Source: Octopus vulgaris (taxonomy: Eukaryota). From it: DNA of 64,000 bases. The position numbers and the translations under genes are program-made. Of this stretch, positions 57,051-64,000 are shown in pieces (within the stretch, counting starts at the first letter, position 1; every line of letters starts with the position of its first letter). The notes beneath the pieces were generated by a model. The model saw only the letters and a list, made by a program, of their open reading frames with translations. It was not told the DNA's origin and searched no databases. The stretch is from NCBI GenBank assembly GCA_951406725.2, contig OX597833.1, forward strand, positions 28,086,001 to 28,150,000. The letters run 5' to 3'.

Positions 57051-58640
57051 ATGCTTAAAACAGCTGGTTATGTGGGCTATGGCCTAGTCACCTGTATTGT
57101 AAACCAGGTAGTTCATAATGGAGTCATACCCAATGACTGGCATAGCAGCACCATAGTCAACTGCTACAAGGGTAAGGGTGATGCTCTAGATATAAATAAC
57201 TACAGGGGTATTAAACTGTTGGATCAGGTGATGAAGGTCACAGAGAGGGTCATAACCCATCTCATTAGGGAGAGGATTTGCTTAGATGAAATGCAGTTAA
57301 GTTTTGTGCCGGGTAGAAGCACCACTGATGCTATATTCCTGGTCCGACAACTGCAGGAGAAGTACCTAGCTAAAGATAAACCCCTCTACATAGCTTTTGT
57401 GGACTTGGAGAAAGCCTTTGACAGGGTTCCCTTATCCCTTATCTGGTGGTCGATGCGGAAACTGGAGATTGACGAATGGCTAATAAGGGCTGTACAGGCC
57501 CTATACAGAGAGGCTGTCAGCAAGGTTAGGATTGGCAACAAATATAGTGAAGAATTCCGGGTAGAAGTAGGTGTACACCAAGGCTCAGCCCTCAGTCCCC
57601 TTTTATTCATCATAGTCCTCCAGGCAATAACAGAGGAATTCAAAACAGGTTGCCCCTGGGAGCTCCTCTATGCTGATGACCTGGCTCTCATAGCAGAATC
57701 ACTACCAGAACTAGAAAAGAAATTTTGGGTGTGGAAACAAGGGTTAGAATCAAAGGGCCTTAGAGTAAATGTAGCGAAGACCAAAGTTATAGTAAGCAGA
57801 AAGGCGAACTCAGCACTCACCCCATCTGGCAGGTGGCCCTGCTCGAGCTGTAGGAAAGGTGTAGGTAGAAACTCCATAAGATGCACCCAGTGTAAGCTAT
57901 GGACGCATAAGAGGTGCAGCAACATCAAAGGGAAATTAACTGATAAGATAGCTTTCATGTGTGGCAGATGCACAGGGACAATAGACACCACAAATACTCA
58001 GAAAACAGATTCCATCACACTCCAGGGGGAGAAACTAGAAGTAGTTGATAGTTTCTGCTACCTGGGTGACCAAGTTAGTAGTGGAGGTGGATGCTCAGAG
58101 AGTGTCACCACTAGATTACGAATAGCCTGGGCAAAGTTTATAAAGCTCCTACCCCTACTGGCAACAAAGGGTCTCTCACTCAGAGTGAAAGGTAGATTGT
58201 ATGATGCATGTGTGCGAACTGCCATGCTTCACGGCAGTGAAACATGGGCTGTGACTGCAGAGGACATGCGTAGACTTGAAAGAAATGAAGCTAGCATGAT
58301 TCGCTGGATGTGTAATGTCAGTGTGAATGCACGACAGAGTGTAAGCACCCTGAGAGAAATGCTAGGCATAAGAAGCATCAGATGCGGTATGCAAGAGCGA
58401 GGCTTGCGATGGTATGGTCATGTACTGTGGATGGATGAGGAGAGATGTGTGAAGAAGTGCCGCTCCCAAACAGTTGAAGGAATCAAGGGGAGAGGTAGAC
58501 CCAGGAAGACATGGGATGAGGTAGTCAAGCATGACCTCAGAGCGTTGGGCCTCACTGAGGCAATGGCGAAGGGCCGAGATCTCTGGAGATGTGCTGTGAC
58601 TACAAAGACCCGGGATGCTTCCGGCACCAGTTCTGCATAG
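57051..58640 (+). CDS. RTE reverse transcriptase domain with embedded PHD-like zinc finger (open part of a broken ORF)
   Basis: FVDLEKAFDRV, GVHQGSALSPLLF, YADD, then CSSC..CTQC..H..C..CGRC. Confidence 0.85.
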   Translation: MLKTAGYVGYGLVTCIVNQVVHNGVIPNDWHSSTIVNCYKGKGDALDINNYRGIKLLDQVMKVTERVITHLIRERICLDEMQLSFVPGRSTTDAIFLVRQLQEKYLAKDKPLYIAFVDLEKAFDRVPLSLIWWSMRKLEIDEWLIRAVQALYREAVSKVRIGNKYSEEFRVEVGVHQGSALSPLLFIIVLQAITEEFKTGCPWELLYADDLALIAESLPELEKKFWVWKQGLESKGLRVNVAKTKVIVSRKANSALTPSGRWPCSSCRKGVGRNSIRCTQCKLWTHKRCSNIKGKLTDKIAFMCGRCTGTIDTTNTQKTDSITLQGEKLEVVDSFCYLGDQVSSGGGCSESVTTRLRIAWAKFIKLLPLLATKGLSLRVKGRLYDACVRTAMLHGSETWAVTAEDMRRLERNEASMIRWMCNVSVNARQSVSTLREMLGIRSIRCGMQERGLRWYGHVLWMDEERCVKKCRSQTVEGIKGRGRPRKTWDEVVKHDLRALGLTEAMAKGRDLWRCAVTTKTRDASGTSSA

Positions 58641-58764
58641 CCCCTGCCCATTCAAAGTACCTTGGATCCCGGAACATCTCGCTGTGCTTGAGTAGACTTG
58701 TTGAGTCAAGTGCATGTACATGAACATCGAAACAAATATCAATGGAAATAGTAGATGTGATACC

Positions 58765-59053
58765 TGTGCCAGTGGTACATAAAAAGCACCATCCGAACGT
58801 GGCCATTGCCAGCGCCGCCTCAACTGGCTTCTGTGCCGGTGGCACATAAAAAGCACCATCTGAACGTGGCCGATGCCAGCACCGCCCCAACTGGCTTCTG
58901 TGCCGGTGGCACATAAAAAGCACCATCCGAACGTGGCCGATGCCAGTGCCGCCTTGGCTGGCTTCCGTGCCAGTGGCACGTTAAAAGCACCAACCGACCG
59001 TGTCCGATGCCAGACCCCCCTGGCACCTGTGCAGGTGGCACGTAAAAAGCACC
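58765..59053 (+). repeat. 67-bp minisatellite (~4.4 units) in RTE 3' UTR
   Basis: Units start at 58765, 58832, 58899, 58966 and 59028. Confidence 0.9.
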
Positions 59054-59429
59054 CACTACACTCGCAGAGTGGTTGGCGTTAGGAAGGGCATCCAGCTGTA
59101 GAAACACTGCCAGATCAGACTGGAGCCTGGTGCAGCCCTGGCTTCCCAGACCCCGGTCGAACCGTCCAACCCATGCTAGCGCGGAAAACGGACGTTTAAA
59201 TGATGATGATCATGATACATAAGAAATAATGAATAATACATTCACTAATATTGCAGAAAGATTACTAGGCTGTAATAAACTCAGCGTACGCAGCTGAAAC
59301 GGCTTTTTGTCTTTTATTTATATAGTATTGTAAATTTAGCCTCATAACAGCCGGTTCATGTTACTAAACAGTTTCATGCTAAAGAATTTTCCAATTACTG
59401 TAAAACTGTTATTGCCACTAGTCCTCATC

Positions 59430-59830
59430 ATTATCATCATCATCAGCATCATCATTTAACGTCTGTTGTCCGTTGTCCATGCTGGCATGGGTTGGACAGT
59501 TTGACCGGGCTGGTACGCTGGAAAGCTGCACCAAACTCCGGTCTGATTTGACATGGTTTTCTATGGCTGGATGCCCTTCCTAATGCCAACCACTCCAAGA
59601 ATGTAATGGGTGCTTTTACATACTACCGACATGGGTGCCATTTGCGTGACACAGGGGTGCCAATTTGCATGACACCGGTATCTGCCATGACTGTAATTTT
59701 GCTCAGTTTGATGGGTCTTCTCAAGCATGACATAATGTCAAAGGTGTCAGTCATTGCCTCTGTGAGGCCCAACACTCGAAAGGAGCTCTAGTCACTTTAC
59801 CTCCATCAGACCCAACACTCGAAAGGAACC
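59430..59830 (-). mobile_element. RTE-type 3' end or RTE-dependent short element, opposite orientation
   Basis: Inverse homolog of 59050-59211 with (ATC)n tail. Confidence 0.75.
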
Positions 59831-61669
59831 TCATGACTGAAAATATATCTTAGCCAACTTGTTGATTCCATCCTATAAGTCAAGGTTGGCTCTCACCTCA
59901 TTAGAAGTCCTCTCATTGTAAAAAGGAATTTATTTCTCCTACACCCAACACTTATACATGAACTTTTCCAAGCTTAATTACTGCTTGCCCTGTATTTTCC
60001 AGGCTCAATATTAATGAATATTCTAGTACTTTGCACCTGCATTTTTCATTCTTGTCCACTTTTCCAGGCAATGCTTCTAGTATTGTTATTGACTAAATTT
60101 ACCTTTATATTTTTCATTCTATTAATACTAAAATTAAGACAGAAATGTTTTTATTTAAATACAAAGAAATTTTTAAATTAAAAAATATTAACTTCAATCT
60201 TTTTTAGTTACAATAAAAAGCAAAAAAATATTAAAAAATCAAAAAAAGCACACACACTATTTGATGAACAATTTCAGAAATTTATTTTGATCCAGATTTT
60301 CCCAAAAACCTTCAGCTTCATTGTTCTCCACTTTTGTTTGGTAGCTATTCACATACCTGGTCAATATCATACTGTTTCTTCCAATATAATGACAGTATTT
60401 GTCTGCCATATTAAAAACAGTAAAGGATTGTAATCATTGATAAATTTTCCAGATGATTTTCTTTGAAATTGATAAAGCTTTTTAAACCTTTTCAATTTCT
60501 TCTTAATTTGACACTTTCAAATTTTGCTGCATAAATGCATTTGCAAACTACTGATCAAATTGTAAAACTTGCAACTAGCTACTGAATATGGCAATCTGGA
60601 AGTAAAACATTGCTCAAAACATTTTTGAATTTTTTCTAGAGAATCTTTATCATAAATAGGTTTTTGATTCATCTGAATTTCCATATGAACTTGTGGAGCC
60701 CTTCTTTGTTAATACTCCATTCTTCAAGAATAATGCCTGATGTTGCCACAAATTAGATTGCTTGTGTTTTTTTTACCGAAAACACTTTATTTATTATAGC
60801 TTGTAATCAGTGATAAAAATGTTCACTAACAGCAACATCATTTACACACAAAGTACTTGTTTTGACCGTTTGATTATATATATATATCTTTATAAACAAA
60901 CTTTGAAGTACCAAATGAGTTGGTATTTTATCGAAAATAAAGGAAATCTCAAACACAGAATAGCTGTTCAAACAGCTTACAAGATCAGGTAAATACCCCT
61001 AGAAAACAGGGGTAAAAAATGGCCAGCAAGAGAATCAAACCTGGTACCTCTGAAAGTCCAGTTAAGCACTCTGTACCTTTAAGTTAAGTGACCATTCACA
61101 TGAGAGACTGTATTTTATATCACTAAATATCTTAAAATGACAAAAATATTTTGATCATCTTTTTTTATCCCTTAAAACCACACTACTTTTTTTGTAGCTG
61201 ATATTTTCTGACGAGATTTTCATCATAAGATTCCTCGCATAGAGCTCTTTCATTTGAATAGCAATTGTAGTATTTTCTTTTACAATAGCTAAGATATTTT
61301 GATTCAAAGTCAATTTTTGGCTTTACTCTCCCGTTTTTGACATCACATATTTTGACCTAACATTTTTTTTTAATGAACCAAATTTCAATAATTTTATCTC
61401 CAAATGTAGCTTAGAGCTGGACAGTCATTGCAAAAAAAACCACATTCAATTTGGTTGAGAACTGAATTAATGAGGAAGCCTAGAACTGCTCATAAGTGAC
61501 TAAAAGTTAACCTTAAGAACATATTCAACAACTGCCATGGTTGAATGACATGAAACTGTCCAGTAACATGGATTGGATGTTTTGAGACCAAGTTTATAAT
61601 ACTGTATAAATAATATACTCACTTTATTACCTAATACACAATTGCTTGCTTTTTTCTGCTTTATGAAAA

Positions 61670-61739
<70 letters not shown>

Positions 61740-62441
61740 TACATTTAAGCTCACCTTTTCTTCATTTTTCAATCTGATTGCTTTCATTACTATTCAATCA
61801 TTTGGTCATTTAAATGCACAGCCCTATGCATTCCTTAACTACTGTCCTTGAACTGCAATACATAAAAGAGCATGTTTCTAGATAGGTCTGTCACTAATAA
61901 ACTCTCTACATTCGATGCTCACGATAACTGAAGACCTAAACACAGAGCCAACTTATGCATGTTTTATACTTTTTTACTTTTTATACTGTCATTTTTGTTG
62001 TTTTATATTTTATGTTATTATTGAAACACTTGTTCATATGCATCATCATTCACACTCACATGTAGACAAACCATTGTGTATACACATCCCAAACACACAC
62101 AGACATGCATGTACATGGACATGCACACATACACACACACACACACATACACACGTACACATACATACACACACACACAAACGTATGCATACACACACAT
62201 ATACATATGCTCACATTCTCTCCTGTACAAACTCAATGATACACGTACACACACACACACATACAACAATACCTACCACAGCCTGTATATATATATATAT
62301 GCACACATACTTGAATAGCCACAATAATATACACATGCACAAGACACACTGCTAAACTCCCATCAAATACACCCAAACCAATACACACATACCGGGACAG
62401 ACACTCACACATAAATGCATTGATGATCTTTTGCTCTCTTG

Positions 62442-62481
<40 letters not shown>

Positions 62482-62606
62482 TACACATACACATTAAAGT
62501 GTTTACATGTGCACAAATAAATACATATATATCTATGACAAATGTTTATTTGTATGTACATTACTCACTTTTTCTTTCTTTTCTTCTTTCTCTCTCTCTC
62601 TTTCAG

Positions 62607-62820
62607 TAAGCACCTCGAAAATATCTGAGAGGCAATCAGTTACTTTCTTAGACCATGAATCTACCGCTGCTAGCCCACCAACGGGACCACCTCCATCTGA
62701 AGCTACTGAAGCTATTGAGGTAGAGACTCCTTCTGAAAGTTATCAGATAAGTGACATACAGATAGAGATAGATGAGGAGACTTTCTCGCTTGAAGATGTT
62801 GAATCAACAGAAATGTTAGA
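62607..62820 (+). CDS. Probable internal host exon (214 nt) encoding an acidic Ser/Thr/Pro-rich peptide; gene unidentified
   Basis: Branch-like TACTCAC, long polypyrimidine tract, TTTCAG acceptor, open frame STSKISERQ...VESTEML, GTGAGT donor. Confidence 0.7.
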
Positions 62821-62986
62821 GTGAGTGTTTTGATTATTATGGAAATGAGTTTAATTGATTGGTATTTTGTGTTCTGAAGAAGTCTTCAAATATTGCAAGT
62901 TTAATTAATATTAAATTACTTTTACAATTTGAAGAATTCAGAAAGAAATGAAAAATAAGGATAACTCAGCAGAGTTGGAAAACATA

Positions 62987-63145
62987 GGCACAGACGTAGC
63001 TGTGTGGTAAGAAGCTGGCTTCCCAACCACATGGCTTTGGGTTCAGTTCACTGCATGGCACCTTGGACAAGCGTCTTCAACTATAGTCTTGGGCCAACCA
63101 AAGCCTTGTGAGTGGATTTGGTAGACAGAAACTGAAAGAAGCCTA
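62987..63145 (+). mobile_element. SINE 5' half followed by (TA)n
   Basis: Matches the head of 24267-24746. Confidence 0.8.
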
Positions 63146-63154
63146 TAGCCTATG

Positions 63155-63202
<48 letters not shown>

Positions 63203-63366
63203 CATATATACATACATATACATCGATATATATATAATAAAAGAAACAAATAAAGTTTTATTAGAAACGTCAGAACACTTCTACATGGGCTCTATTGGAT
63301 GCAAAGAAGTTGTCAATAAATTGAAGAAGTTGTAAAGATAATTTAAGAGCACCCTGCATGTATATA

Positions 63367-64000
63367 CACTGAACCTCAAAAGAAATGCAAGATGTGTGTG
63401 ACTGTGAAATATATTTTGATTTCATTATGTCTGTGATAAACTTTGAAAAAATCTGATAAAGATAATTTCTTGGATGCACTTTGACCACAATCTATGGGTT
63501 GTTGTCATGTGTTCTGGTAGTCGGCAGATCCAGCACATCGAGATGGTAGGGCATGACACGTTCAATACTGTATATGCCGTCCCTGGGTGTTCAAAACAAT
63601 CATACACTATTGGTACATGGAGTGCATGAGGAGATTCACAAAAGCCATTGGCACCTGTGCCCACACCTTGAGGAAAGCTGCCTCCAGTTTCACACAAGTT
63701 GTTGGCCTTGCAGCCACCTGGTTTTGCCATCTCTGAATTTCATCCCACAGGTGTTCAATTGGGTTCAAATCTGGGCTGAGAGCCGGCCATGGCATGATTC
63801 TGATGTTGTGCTGATGCAGGAAGTCCTTGGTGACGCTGGCCATGTGGATGGGAGCATTGTCCTGCTAGAACACGTGGCCATGGTGACGTGTGAAGAAGTG
63901 CACAATGTGAAGTCTTAGGATCTGGTCAACATAGCACTGCATTGTAATGCTATTCCCTCTGCCTGCATCAACATTTTGGAACACATGGGGCCCAATTCTC
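63367..64000 (-). mobile_element. Tc1-family (DD34E) element, 3' part, runs off the window
   Basis: QDNAPIH and WPALSPDLNPIEHLW motifs; TA-CACTG terminus. Confidence 0.85.

Larger units (their letters stand above)
55620..59211 (+). mobile_element. RTE-clade LINE (APE endonuclease plus RT, 3' UTR, (GAT)n tail); 5' boundary uncertain
   Basis: VDVCCIQEVRW, GGDFNGHVG, QIDFIL, RT motifs; ends GACGTTTAAATGATGATGAT. Confidence 0.9.

Noticed and set aside
58765-59053. CRISPR-like repeat appearance
   Set aside because: The intervening sequences are homologous to each other rather than unique spacers; eukaryotic LINE UTR with no cas genes.

Overview
AT-rich, microsatellite-saturated animal genomic DNA. 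The SINE repertoire resembles that of octopus/cephalopods (inference). Almost the whole window is transposon-derived. It holds two near-complete mariner copies, degenerate Tc1/DD37D-type and hAT elements and MITEs, RTE, CR1-clade and L1/Tx1-type LINE remnants, three Penelope-like (RT/GIY-YIG) remnants, and several tRNA-derived SINE families. One probable host exon lies at 62607-62820 (+). The signal the ORF track misses is RNA-structural. At least seven different short non-coding element families, most sitting in (TA)n tracts with tandem and fold-back architecture, carry type I hammerhead ribozyme folds. These include a near-perfect 616-bp tandem array with one hammerhead per unit (retrozyme-like), a U3-A8 compensatory core variant, and a head-to-head hammerhead pair. 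Two further, related ~790-bp families share a circularly permuted hammerhead-like motif with GAAG in place of GAAA. Several element 5' breakpoints fall 3-18 nt downstream of the predicted cleavage sites. All folds were read by eye and are untested.
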